Under the pieces are notes generated by a model. That model had not been told where the DNA came from, ran no database searches, and saw nothing but the letters and a program-made list of their open reading frames with translations. The translations under genes and the position numbers were made by a program. 64,000 bases of DNA from Lingula anatina (taxonomy: Eukaryota; Animalia; Brachiopoda), in NCBI GenBank assembly GCA_051362555.1, contig CM120640.1, positions 29,040,503-29,104,502 of the forward strand, given 5' to 3'. Shown one piece after another: positions 53,201-63,604 of the stretch (positions are counted from its first letter, which is position 1; every line of letters starts with the position of its first letter).

Positions 53201-56200
53201 TCAGTAAAGTTGACAACACAGCTGAGTAATTCACAGTCTTTTCTTGCAGTGGTATTGTAATGCTCACTTCCATTCTTTGCATAGATGGATTCAATGTCTT
53301 GACTTGTTTAGCTAATCTCCTGGCCACTAAGGTCTTTCCAGCTCCAGCCCTCGTCGACATTACTACACGTACACAACATCTACCATTCACAAAAAAATTG
53401 AAAAATAAATAAATAAATTAAATAAAAATCATAAATAGATAATATGATAAAAGAACACCTAAAGGTCTTAACAAAAGAAAAAAGGTATACATTTTGAAGA
53501 CATGAAAAAACAAATTATTTCTAAACTCCTACCAATGGCAGTATCTCACATACAGTGCTTTTGACATGTGCTATACCTGCAAAGCACAAAACATACAAGT
53601 GAAATTAGATTGCCAGTATATGACTTCCTATTCAAGTTCAATAGTAACTACGGACCTATCTCAGCCAGTTTTGGAGATAAAAGGAAAGCAAAATTTGCAA
53701 AATTCAGTTCATGGTGTAAAGTAGGTCAAAGGTCAATTTTAAGGTCACATTTAGATTGCCAGTATATGACTTCCTTTTCAAGTTCAATAGTAACTATGGA
53801 CCTATCTCAGCCAGTTTTGGAGATAAAAGGGAAGAAAAGTTTGCAAAGTTCAGTTCATGGTGAAAAGTAGGTCAAAGGTCAATTTCAATGTCACATTTAG
53901 ATTGCCAGTATATGACTTCCTATTCAAGTTCAATAGTAACTATGGACCTATCTCTGCCAGTTTTGGAGATAAAAGGGAAGCAAAATTTGCAAAGTTCAGT
54001 TTATGGTGAAAAGTAGGTCAAAGGTCAATTTTAAGGTCACATTTAGATTGCCAGTATATGACTTCCTATTCAAGTTCAATAGTAACTACGGACCTATCTC
54101 AGCCAGTTTTGGAGATAAAAGGAAAGCAAAATTTGCAAAGTTCAGTTCATGGTGTAAAGTAGGTCAAAGGTCAATTTTAAGGTCACATTTAGATTGCCAG
54201 TATATGACTTCCTATTCAACTTCAATAGTAACTACAGACCTATCTCTGCCAGTTTTGGAAATAAAAGGGAAGAAAAATTTGCAAAGTTCAGTTTATGGTG
54301 AAAAGTAGGTCAAAGGTCAATTTTAAGGTCACATTTAGATTGCCAGTATATGACTTCCTATTCAAGTTCAATAGTAACTACGGACCTATCTCAGCCAGTT
54401 TTGGAGATAAAAGGAAAGCAAAATTTGCAAAATTCAGTTCATGGTGAAAAGTAGGTCAAAGGTCAATTTTAATGTCACATTTAGATTGCCAGTATATGAC
54501 TTCCTATTCAAGTTCAATAGTAACTATAGACCTATCTCTGCCAGTTTTGGAGATAAAAGGGAAGAAAAATTTGCAAAGTTCAGTTCATGGTGAAAAGTAG
54601 GTCAAAGGTCAATTTCAAGGTCATAGTAAGATTGCCAGTATATGACTTCCTATTCAACTTCAATAGTAACTACAGACCTATCTCTGCCAGTTTTGGAAAT
54701 AAAAGGGAAGAAAAATTTGCAAAGTTCAGTTTATGGTGAAAAGTAGGTCAAAGGTCAATTTTAAGGTCACATTTAGATTGCCAGTATATGACTTCCTATT
54801 CAAGTTCAATAGTAACTACGGACCTATCTCAGCCAGTTTTGGAGATAAAAGGAAAGCAAAATTTGCAAAATTCAGTTCATGGTGAAAAGTAGGTCAAAGG
54901 TCAATTTTAATGTCACATTTAGATTGCCAGTATATGACTTCCTATTCAAGTTCAATAGTAACTATAGACCTATCTCTGCCAGTTTTGGAGATAAAAGGGA
55001 AGAAAAATTTGCAAAGTTCAGTTCATGGTGAAAAGTAGGTCAAAGGTCAATTTCAAGGTCATAGTAAGATTGCCAGTATATGACTTCCTATTCAACTTCA
55101 ATAGTAACTATGGACCTATCTCTGCCAGTTTTGGAGATATAAGGGACTAGATGTTATAATTTTGGAGTTACCATAATGTGCCTTAAATTTCGTACAGAAA
55201 AAATTAATTAAAATAAAGAAAATGTCATTTTGGTCAAAATTCTTGAAATAGGAGGTGCTCTGAAGTTTCAGAAGTTCAAATTTGATGAAATAATGTCATT
55301 TTTGAACACAAGTTGTCTGCTTTGCCAAGCCTTATGTTTTATTTTTCCAGAGTTCAAAATTTATTATCCATTACCGTACTGCACATTTTGCTTTTACCAC
55401 CAATATGTACTTTTTGATACAGCGTAACTCGAAAACCGTATGGAATACAAAAAAACCGAGACCACCTCCAGTGTTGGGCTTTACATGCTCTACAAAATGC
55501 AAAAAAGAATGGGTCTCTAGCATTAACGGTTCCCGAATTAAAGACAGTTTTCAGTTTCGGTATCTTATGGCCGCTACTCCCGTGAAAATGCACCGATTGA
55601 CCCCAAATTCATGGAGATGAAAGATGACCTGAAGGGTAACACTTTCCAATAATATTATTGGTTAAGTCTGTGTGGTGTCTGAATAACAGGGCAAAAAAAA
55701 TTTTTTTCGTAAAAAATTTCATTTTTTTGAAAATTTTGGCCCATTTGACCTTGAAGTAGAGGTCAAAGGTCAAATCCAAGGGTATATTTGAAATCTACAC
55801 ATATGACTTTTGGAAAGCCGTCTATAGAAATTTTTCCCATAACTCCTTCCGTAGGGTAGATAATTAGCATTTAATTTTGCCATTTTTAGACAAGGGTGCA
55901 TTGCAATGAGTGCCACACCCAGACCCCAATACCGACAAAGCCCAAATTTTACGTGGAACGAGTTGAGATTATAGGTGACCTAAATCCATGAGATGGGTAC
56001 GGGGGCCCTTACCGTCTAGGAGGAGAAGCGGTAACGGTAGCCGTCCGGCGGAGCCGGCGGAACGATCCGGACGGGACCGAAACCATGTGTACCGCCAGCG
56101 CTAACGCTGGTGGTACAATAATCTAACAATTAAACCCACTAAACCCTTTTCATCTGGTTTATCCTAAATGTTAATCTGTATAGAAAGAAGTTTACATTTT

Positions 56201-59200
56201 TCTCAATTCACTCACTTTTCAATGTCCAAAGAGGAAACTGGTTTTAAAGGACCCTCAGGCACCCGTTGGAACTGTTGTTTCAAATAGTTCTGTATCTCTC
56301 TCACAGGGTAAATCAGTGGAGATTGTACGCGGTACCTGTCCAAGGCTGACACCAGACGTGCCTTGTCTTCTCTTTCACTGCTACATAAAACAACCAGTTG
56401 ATAGTCTGTAAAATTAGAGAAATGGAAAATTGTTATGGTTTTGATTCTGGAAAATAAAAAATAAGAAAAAATGACTAATGTCCTCCACTTTTTTCTACAT
56501 ACAAGAGACACTGATAATGTTTTGTATATCTTACAAACCGCATGCCATTTTGAGATTTTTGAAGTGGCAACTATATAGCTTTGTGCCCTGACATTCTTGC
56601 CTGTTGTTCTCTTGACCAGTTTTTCTTCTGCTTTTTCAGTAACTTCATAGTCCAACATGTCAGCATTGACCAAGCAGTAGATTTTCCCAGAGTCATCTTG
56701 CACAGCCCTATTCAAAAGTAACAACACCTGAAAAAGAAAACAAAACAATCAAATTTTTATTTTGGATCCAATTAAAGTGTAAGTCCCTTCCCTTTGCTAT
56801 ATCATTCATTAGTGATACATGTTAATTCCTGTATTCAAGTATACTTAACCAGTGAGCGGCATTACATTTGAAACAAATCTTTTGACTGCAAGATGCAATC
56901 TGAATTTGTTAAGTCTCCTGGATAATAGGTAGCAATAAAATATGATAGCCTTGGAGAGGAGTAAAATGCATGGTACATGGGCACAATTTCAACAACTTAA
57001 ATGGTTCACATTTGGGGGTTAGGGGTGGGCAAATGGCTGCAGTAGTTAAAAATCAAAATCCAAGGAAAAACTTTTTCCAGTGTTCTCTGCATCTGCTTAG
57101 CACCTATTACTGTTCCAGTGCCCATGGTTCTGAACTTACTTCTTCCACTGTGGTTTTTGCTGTACAAACCAGCACTTCATCTTCAGCTGGCAAAGGTTTG
57201 GTAGGATCCAACATGTACACAGACAACACAGCATTCAATATGTCAGCTGTATTAATAAAATGCAATTCAGTACATAGAACAGATGATTTCTGATTTAAAA
57301 GTCACTTTTTATCATTAAATTTACTATTTTCCTTCAAGGAAATAGTTTCACAAAAGGACCAAACAATTGTTTTCCTCCTGCTCTTGGATGAATGCTCATA
57401 GATGAACACAATATTATAGTTTATATTTAAAATTATAATCAATCTACAACATTTTTAATTGAATGTGTTAATACATTAGGAAAAGGACAAAAGTCTTATC
57501 CATCTATAAAAACATTGTATTTAAGTTAATAAACTTAAAGCAATAAAAAAGCAAATGCAGCAGACTGAATAAACAAAGACTTACCTTGTGGACACACTAA
57601 CAGATTAGGTCTTCCTTTCTGCAAACAGGTTTCAGGGAATGTCCTTTCGAGTTTCACTGGTTCTAGAATCAGCACATTAATACAAAAAACGAAAATACAT
57701 GTAAAACTGTAAAATCAGTTCTCCAAGCTGGTACACATACAGACATTTAACTAGGAAAAAAAGAAATAGATTTACTGACATCAAGGCATGACAGATGGCA
57801 AAGGTTTAAGAATTCTAAAAAAAATTAGCAATTATCACCTCATCAAGAGATATTGCCTGTGTAAAAGAAGTGCATGTTTCCGTGTCTGTATGTAATATTA
57901 CTCAAATATCAAAGTTAAATGGAACTCAAGTTATTAATACCTAGACGTGCAAGGTGAGTCAACATCAGACCTAGATGCTCTATGCTAAGGTAATCAGAGA
58001 CACTTGTAGCAACCTTCCCAAAGAAATTCCCCCACAGCTCTTCTAACTGGTCTTTCAATGAGCTTAAAAATCAAAATTAAATGAAGATTAAAACTTGAAA
58101 CTTACAGTAACAATGAGTCCAGTTACTTAGTAAACTAATATAATACATATTCACCTTAAATCCTTCTAAAAACAATCATTTAGATAGTGCATAAAAAAGT
58201 TACTAGCAAAAATCAGAAATTGACAATTACAGGCTATTGAAACTAATATGGTCAATTTTACCTTTTTTGTTTTTTCCCCAATGTAGATTGAAGCAATTCT
58301 GCAGCCAAAGTGCCCATAGACATTCCAGCACTGAGTCTGGCAAAAGTCAGGTCAACTTCTTCAATATCTACTTGATGGTCTTGACCTGCAGGGGTACATG
58401 TTGTGGCTTGCAACTGTCCTCTCTGAAAAGCATCCCAGTTGTCCATACACCACAATAACCCTGAAAGAGATTTAGGTTAAACGTTTAAAGCAAATGTTAA
58501 ACTGGCAATGTATTGGCACTTCTTTTACCATAAAAAACAAAACCTCTTAATACTGGACTTGGATGTTATTATGACACAAGCTGACATTGAGAATGGTACC
58601 ATATATGATTGGATCTGTCATTGGAGACCAAACAAGTCCTGAAAGCCAGAATAAGCCAACCCAGAAGTTAAGAGGCACAAAACATGATCAGCCCACGTGA
58701 TCACTGACACTTGTTTCCCTGTTTAAGTTTGGTGGTATCAAACACAACGTCAGATCCTTGCATTATTATTTTGTTAAATCAGTATCAGTTCAACTTTTTC
58801 CTTTATAGTGACATCACTCTCCTAGATGAATCAGAACATTCATTTGTGATACTGGTTTGTCTTAAAAAGACTTAATATACCTTCAACAACATCCTCAGGA
58901 CCACAGTTTTGAAGGGCCATGAGGGCAAGGTTTTCTGGATAACCTGCTTCTTTCACAGCTTCAAGAAAAGTCTCCACTTTCTGTTTTTCCTCAACATCAT
59001 CAGGCATTTCACTTGCATAGAGCAGCTCTTCAGTCATTTCAGCATCGTTCTGCTCCTCTGTGTTTCTCTGTTTCTCCATTTCTTGGAGATCCTGAACAGC
59101 TGTCTTCATCACCTTCAATAGATCCTGCTTAGTGGAGTTTGCTTTCACATTGTGGAGCATAGGATAGATCAAATCTGATGGTCTTTGACCCTCTAATCCC

Positions 59201-62200
59201 AGTTTTGCCATCTCTCGTCTGAGGATCACAAGCTGCTCTGTGGTGAAGAAATTCAACTCATAGTAACTGCACCTTTGTTTTTCTATATACTTAAGCCAGT
59301 CTTCATAGCAATTCTCCATGAATTCACACAACTCTCTAATTTGTGTGCTTAGGCCTTCCTCTTGTAATCTGTCAGGTTTGCCTCGAAGTTCTTGTTCTGC
59401 TAAACCAAAGCTAATTATGGTGCTCCATGGTTTTGTGAGGTCGCAGAAAAACTTTGATGTCCAGTCATTAAAGAGGACACTTCCTGCAGCACAGATTTTC
59501 AAGTATGCCTTTGCAAGGCGGCCTATGGCATCAAAAACCTAAAACAAATAATTTGTTTGCTATTTTAACAGTCATTCAAGTAACTATTAAGCAAACAAAA
59601 TAACATGGAATGCAGCATACATGTACTTAGTAGGTTAACCAGTTAATTTTAAAGGGATAATAACTCTTCGTATGAGATCTATATTTCACAATAAAAACAT
59701 TGTGAACAACTCACAGAAGTAAAATATATTCTGTTGTACCACAAAAACAGCAGTTATAGCTATTATTCTGATATCTGAGCTTGTCTTTAGACCACATGAC
59801 CTCCATTGATGGCTATACTCTGTTAAAATCTCTTAAGAGATTTTAACAAAAAAACAAACTTTTTAGAAAAAAACCCAGGGTCTATCTTTGAATGTATACT
59901 GAACAAAAATATAAACGCACGAAACTAAAATGGTCAGTTGAAATGGATAATCATGAAATATGCCCAGGTTGATGGTTTATTTGTAAACTGATGGATTTGT
60001 TTTGATCAATTATAGTGGTCTGGTTTCACTTGGCCGCTCCCCGTGAGTATACTCAAAGGTTCAGTTTTTACACCCATAAGACTAATGGAGCATGACGGAG
60101 TAGAGGTCAATCTGCAAGACCAATACTCGGACACTCTTTACCGTCTAGGCAATAAAAGGACACACCAAAATGTGTATTTCTGCCACTTGTCAACATGCCA
60201 CAGATGTCTGAAACCATGAAGGAGCATGCCATCAGCATGCTCAATGCTGGCTTGTCAGTAACAGAAGTTGCAGCATGCCTGAATGTGCATCATTCCACTG
60301 TCAGCCGTCTGGGAACATGCTTCAGAGACACTGGTAGCATTAGGAACCACCCTCATGCACCATGTCGCCCAACAAACACCTGTAGAATGTTCTGGATCAG
60401 AAATTTCAGCCATCACGTTCCAGCTCTCGAAAATGTTCGCCAACTGCAAGAAGCACTCCAGGAGGAATGGGATAATATCCCTTAGGCCTCTATTGACAAC
60501 TTAGTGATGTCCATGCGCCGCTGGTGTACTGCTCTGCACAAACTTAATGGTGTCTGTGAACTCAGGATGTTGACCCCCATGGTATATTTGATGCCCTAAC
60601 TCTTGGACTATGCATTTAAACTTCCCCTAATGCTCTCAAAGTGATGTCTATTTGTCGAGAAAAATATGCTGTTATTTTTGGCTATATACTCTAGTTCCAT
60701 ATATGAAAATAAATCTACATATTCTTTCGTGTGTTTATATTTTTGTTCGGTATATAAATGGATTCATTAACCATTGTAAGTATGGGAAAATTGTTGTTTA
60801 CTCCAGGAAAATTCATTTTTTGGTCAAAACGAAGAGTTATTATCCCTTTAATCATACTGCATCATATTACCTCTTATACTAATATATCAGTGAATATATA
60901 AGTTGCTGCTTGCATTCAGCCACTTCATTGACATCATAACCAAGTTACAAATCTCAGTTCAAACTTCTCAGCTTTACAAATCTTAGTATACTCAAATATC
61001 ACTTTATACATGTTGTTCCTGTTATATATATACAGATGAAAGGACAAAAACCTTGAACAATTTTATTATTGTACAATGTACCTCTACAAACTTGTCCACT
61101 TCAGCTTTGCTGTGGTCTACTTTCCCAACTTTTCCTGCTACTAACATCAATTTACTTTGGAGGTCATTAAGCTTCTCAAAAGTGTATTCTACTGGTCTGT
61201 CATCTTGAGAGTCCACATCTTCTTCATTTCGCTTTCCATAAGCTTTTGGGTCAGGTGGAACAACTAATTTTATAGTGGTCTCCATGGTCTAAAATAAATC
61301 AGTAAATCATGTTTATAACAATATGTATTTGATACCATTTGAAAGAAATGTCCATTACTGTACATAATGTCACAAGACACTTTTGTAGCACATGCATATA
61401 TGTACTTGTCTCTCTTCATGAATATACTCATACAATAAGGACAAATAAAATGAAATGAACAATATTTTTGTATCAAATGTCATATGCTTGAAATGGCAAA
61501 GTGCAAATTCAGAAGTATAAGATAAATCGAAGTTCATACTTGTTTATAAAATGATTATGTTTGAATACACCCAACAAAACACACCCATGTTTTACATAAA
61601 AGTTTTATATAAATTGAAACATTCTGTCATTATAGTCAGAAACTTGCCTACCTTTGGCTGATCAGGTCTTAAGTTTCCAACTTGATAAATGCCTCTGGAA
61701 TTGATTGCCTCTGCCTGAGCCAGTGAGGAGACCTCTACTGATCCATGTGAATCCTTGATCATCTTTACCCAGTCCAGGTGTCTCATTGTGTCTCTCTGGA
61801 AAAATATTGTTTTCAGGTTTTCACCTGCTTTAATGTATGCGTGCATGTTGATGAATTAAGCTATGTTAAAAAAAAGTAATAAAAATAAAAAAGTAGTATA
61901 ACCTTTAAAGTAGTATAACCTTTAGCAATACCCAAATCAACAGCACATTTCAGGAAAAAACTTTCAGGAAGCTACCCTATAAAACCTATATTAAACAACA
62001 CTTACCAACTTCACAGGCAAATCCTTATCATTGTCTAGGGCATTCCACACCAACTCACACTGATGGAGAAACTGATGAAAGTCACAATCTGTCTGGACTT
62101 CATAAATGAGAGGTGCAAAACCTATTGCTGCATCATGCAAAATGGACACCCTTTCAACCTCCATGTCTGTCTCTCCTGCTTGAATCATGGCAAGCTCCAC

Positions 62201-63604
62201 CAATACATTCAGTTCTTTGGTTCCTAAAAACAGATTTTTTTAATTTTTGAAACCTTGCACATATGTTTTATCCATAATCATATTCCAGACTCGGGCTAGC
62301 ACAATTTTGAAATAAATTTTATAGCAATGAATATCTTTGTTAACAAATGAATCCCCAATTGGCATTTGAATGATTTCTTTACATATAACTTATTACAATT
62401 TATATCTAAAATTTAAATGTCTCTTAAATTGGGTAATATATAAGTATATCTTAAAGAAATGGTTCTAAATACAGGGAACAAATACCTTTGATGTTTTCTC
62501 TTAGCCAGTTAACAAGTGGACTACGTTTAACAAATTCTTTAATACAGTCAGACTTTGTCTTGTCCACACGGATCAAAACCTTTCCTGCATCCACCACTTC
62601 TCTATTGATAGAGCTCAACTGCTTTTCTTTTCCTGCACCCTATATTTAAGTAAAATTAAAAAAACTTTAATCATTGAAATGACCAAAGATATAATGATAT
62701 CAGTAAAGTTGTATCAGTTTGATGCATCTTTTGGGTCCCCTAGATTGAAACTAATGATTCAGTTTACTTATTCTGTAAACTGATTAACTGTATAACGTAA
62801 AATTAAATTCAGATAAATGAGAAGAAATGAGCAATCACAATCAATTAAAAAAACAACAACATATCTTCAACCAAACTGATACTTAACAGAATAATTAAAA
62901 TGCTGATATGAAAAAGAATGCAAATTTGGAAGCAATTTGTGAAAAAAAAAAAAACTAAGCACTGAATTATCTTGATGTGAACATATTTTTATTAATGCTT
63001 ACTGCATCAACAAGAATTTCTATGAGGCTGAAGTCACCAGTCAGTCCAAGCTCTTTCTTTGCATCCATCATGACTTGTGCCCCATAACGATACTCATGAA
63101 GTTTGTGATACTGTTTGACCTGGTCTAGTCGACCATCTATCCACCTGGCATCTTCTAAAATATTGCCCATCAGATCAAACTCATCTTTGAGCTCAGGGTA
63201 CTTATCCTTGAAAGAAGCAAAATATTCATCCATTTGACCAAAAGTGACAGTGCCCCGTTTGATAGACTTTGCCAGGTTCTCCCATGAATGGAAAGCTTTC
63301 CCCCAGACTTCAGTTGCAACTTCTTGGAGTGACAGTTCATCTGTTTCTTCATCTGTGCCTTCTAGTTTCTCTTTGTGGGCGATTGATCCAAACTCCTTCC
63401 AGAAGCGTCTAAATATGTGACTGGTGTGGATTTCTTTCAAAGGCATCATCATGTCAAAGACTTCAGAAGGCTGCTCAAAGAAAGTGATAGCTGGCTGCCA
63501 GTTTTGTGTTACATCAGGATGCATAATGTAAGGCTCACAGATCTCAATCAGATCACTGCGGCTTATGTCTTGTCTGAGTCTGCGATCTAACACATCAGTG
63601 TTCA
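6556..63604 (-). CDS. RNF213: E3 ubiquitin ligase RNF213 (mysterin)-like, multi-exon, 5' part outside window
   Basis: Dozens of - strand exons with in-frame splice junctions wherever checked. They carry RNF213 signature peptides: DPSWAELRHFVWFLNTQLQDCE, IMGETGCGKTRL, VLFFDEANTTEAIGLIKE, IIAACNPYR, LVYRVQALPQSMLPLVWDFGQL, CSFVSLRDIER, RIPLFLVGKPGSSKSLAK, VVVLDEVGLAEDSPRMPLK, GISNWALDPAKMNRG, FPIPLINRLEKH and DVFIGYHDD, plus RING and RZ fingers. The stop is at 6556-6558. Confidence 0.96.
10580..10791. mobile_element. ~210-bp MITE family, copy 1
   Basis: Shares ggggagtctcactagatt, ggtaattaact, gaacccc..gggagtt and the tctctgggaatg..gtcta end with 12466-12676. Ends are imperfect inverted repeats. 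Confidence 0.75.
12466..12676. mobile_element. ~210-bp MITE family, copy 2
   Basis: TIRs agaccccattcccaaagatatttagatc / gatctaaatctctgggaatgcagtct. Diverged copy of 10580-10791. Confidence 0.78.
13633..13920 (-). other. RNF213: RNF213 RZ finger (two short exons, ~13885-13920 and ~13633-13730)
   Basis: Spliced peptide VCPNGHPYVIGD|CGRPAVEAQCKTCGIKIGGMGHTP matches the RZ consensus CPNGHxxxxGxCGxPxxxxxCxxCxxxIGGxxH. Confidence 0.92.
19148..19332 (-). other. RNF213: RNF213 C3HC4 RING finger exon
   Basis: CKYCKQPMQNPVKLPCGHIFCHACLQGRRYADINECPERGC read from the exon. Confidence 0.9.
19467..19568. repeat. ~34-bp minisatellite, three copies
   Basis: tcaaatgtcacacaatacacagtaagatatcact repeated; the third copy is diverged. 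Confidence 0.85.
25877..25941. repeat. Compound (TA)n(GA)n microsatellite
   Basis: Read directly. Pure (TA)n tracts also occur at ~9076-9100, ~17952-17991 and ~41013-41047. Confidence 0.95.
27252..28136 (+). repeat. Academ left TIR with internal 147-bp tandem repeats
   Basis: Reverse complement of ~34693-35576. The motif agttaaccctt recurs at 27574, 27721 and 27868 (period 147), with degenerate copies on both sides. Confidence 0.92.
28642..33915 (-). CDS. Academ transposase-XPG/PIN nuclease, predicted 1584 aa; exons 33915-33817, 33619-29565, 29361-29145, 29025-28642
   Basis: GT-AG junctions keep the frame (4755 nt including stop). Transposase motifs: WDNND, VTYDLAIA, LGNFH, RPNYARW, DLSLEQTVNRD. 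XPG/FEN1-like motifs: VFDGG, FDKY, SIKDSERSLRG, HEEADT, SDTDV, HAFTGCDFTSAFYRKGK. The gene ends with LLPPC...IW...DYGW...PVWF and an acidic tail. Confidence 0.88.
34693..35576 (-). repeat. Academ right TIR with internal 147-bp tandem repeats
   Basis: Near-identical inverted copy of 27252-28136, with only scattered substitutions. Confidence 0.92.
35870..37885 (-). CDS. DIRS ORF2: reverse transcriptase, RNase H and DAM-like methyltransferase
   Basis: RT motifs: YRFILNLKKLN, HFKMET, VDIRHAYYSI, YQYTCLPNGVSEGPRLFTK, NIDD, KFLG. RNase H motifs: TDASTLGWG, INVLELMAI, SDNTTAVSYIN, HIAGKNNEAADKASR. MT motifs: DCFAS, DAFTIDW, YLFPPF, APMWPTQAWF. The frame stays open upstream to about 37988 and includes AGRLADF. 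Confidence 0.93.
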   Translation of the reverse strand: MADFIDQWKLITSDLFILDIVKHCHINLDFNGGIPAIVKSNCKFNRLEMSIIDIEIKKLLDMKVIIPVNSEAGQILSPIFLRQKENGEYRFILNLKKLNRFIPYQHFKMETFEKTLPLITKNVKMGSVDIRHAYYSIKLADEQQKFFRFQWRDKIYQYTCLPNGVSEGPRLFTKLLKPVFGKLRSLGYVSSGNIDDSLIIGSDDLECTENLNATVTLLSKLGFIINEDKSVLRPTSKLKFLGNVIDSDKMIVTLPLDRQEKIISACEELYYVSKAPIRQVARVIGLLVASFSAVDYGKLYYRKLERAKIKALQESKGNYDAPMIISNSMRSDLIWWIVNLKSQHRVIARPNPSETLHTDASTLGWGASYKNNNIGGRWTDVEGKLPINVLELMAILNALKSLKHDLKSKHIKVMSDNTTAVSYINNMGGTVSENCNKVACDIWIWCISHDVWLTCTHIAGKNNEAADKASREFKDDLEWKLDSKIFHKICNFWGIPDIDCFASRINAQVETYCSWKPDPNCSFVDAFTIDWETFNSVYLFPPFSLLGNCVQKVRQDRAKGIIVAPMWPTQAWFPRLMELLVEKPVIIQKKKNLLRLPHLQLKHPLEGKLRLIACKVSGIVSENEDFQRTLPKYLCCLGKQGHKNNLTHTLTGGFSTVVKGRLLHFRQLWKQ
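37918..39015 (-). CDS. DIRS ORF1 gag-like protein
   Basis: Long ORF, likely start MADETT at 39015. Contains HRPGNCDYLQVVKTNQLIW, ALMGHMNRQINMTRK and FLFGDDL, which are typical of DIRS ORF1, and an RG-rich basic C-terminus. Confidence 0.85.
   Translation of the reverse strand: MADETTCSTITKNGPEHVSDGRKGKGKSASKNPKSVEKSSSEDNIMSLLVSLKASVDAQDGRLENIVSCIDNMEAQYSQYDDEVYVDNECVEPEEAGTSGEKRKLDSYLPDTEDNLFKHMAKKFNMSEEMADNVDDVLAKTVNDLFMNGLDEQHLNELIKQNHRPGNCDYLQVVKTNQLIWDQVPGWTKANDRKMQNIAHTLVKGANILVKTVNQMALYERNPEKDTSDHIGSMIENCNDVLALMGHMNRQINMTRKDFLKTQLSGEYAHLCSHELTYSQKFLFGDDLPKMARDIEDCSKIKHKLFDRSLRGRRGCGARGRGSVYRGVNRPTGGGRPRVWQDDPGAGPSFAKNYVRRGQRNLPKQ
39350..40683. mobile_element. Non-autonomous Tc1/mariner-pogo-type element (MITE), 1334 bp
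   Basis: TIRs CGGTAATTCTCCAATCTATACGAAC / GTTCGTATAGATCGGAGAATTACCG flanked by TA on both sides. Subterminal TACGAAC repeats. No recognisable coding sequence. Confidence 0.85.
40726..53400 (-). other. RNF213: RNF213 AAA+ ATPase core exons
   Basis: Walker-A-like STRAGAGKT (~53340), Walker A GETGCGKT (~49560) with Walker B VLFFDE (~48945), and Walker A GKPGSSKS (~45900) with Walker B VVVLDE (~45375). Confidence 0.9.
47155..47732. mobile_element. MITE of about 580 bp with ~35-bp TIRs
   Basis: GAGAGTTTTGGCAAGGCCTTCCGTACGACGTATAACGT vs ACGTTACACGTCATACGGAAGGCCTTGCCAAAACTCTC. Flanked by AAT on both sides (possible 3-bp TSD, PIF/Harbinger-like by inference). CpG-rich relative to the host intron. 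Confidence 0.85.
53595..56120 (+). mobile_element. Helentron/HINE-like non-autonomous element carrying a satellite array
   Basis: Layout is a tandem array, a unique body, a short GC-rich (ccgg/acgg) tract and a 3' stem-loop TGTACCGCCAGCG-CTAA-CGCTGGTGGTACA (56088-56117) followed by an A-rich flank. This matches mollusc pearl/DTC84/HINE-type elements. The 5' boundary is uncertain. Confidence 0.65.
53605..55140. repeat. 146-bp tandem repeat, about 10.5 copies
   Basis: The unit start ttagattgccagtatatgacttcc recurs at 53605, 53751, 53897, 54043, 54189, 54335, 54481, 54627, 54773, 54919 and 55065. Confidence 0.97.
59897..60752 (+). mobile_element. Internally deleted Tc1-family transposon
   Basis: TIRs TACTGAACAAAAATATAAACGCACGAAA / TTTCGTGTGTTTATATTTTTGTTCGGTA flanked by TA. 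The remnant ORF has the HTH (AISMLNAGLSVTEVAACLNVHHSTVSRL) joined to the C-terminal LQEALQEEWDNIP*ASIDNLVMSMRR. The DDE core is missing. Confidence 0.9.

Noticed and set aside
53605-55140. Regular array as CRISPR, and its ORFs (53568-53870, 54003-54308) as genes
   Set aside because: Units are contiguous near-identical monomers with no unique spacers and no cas genes, in a eukaryotic intron. The ORFs are repeat translations.
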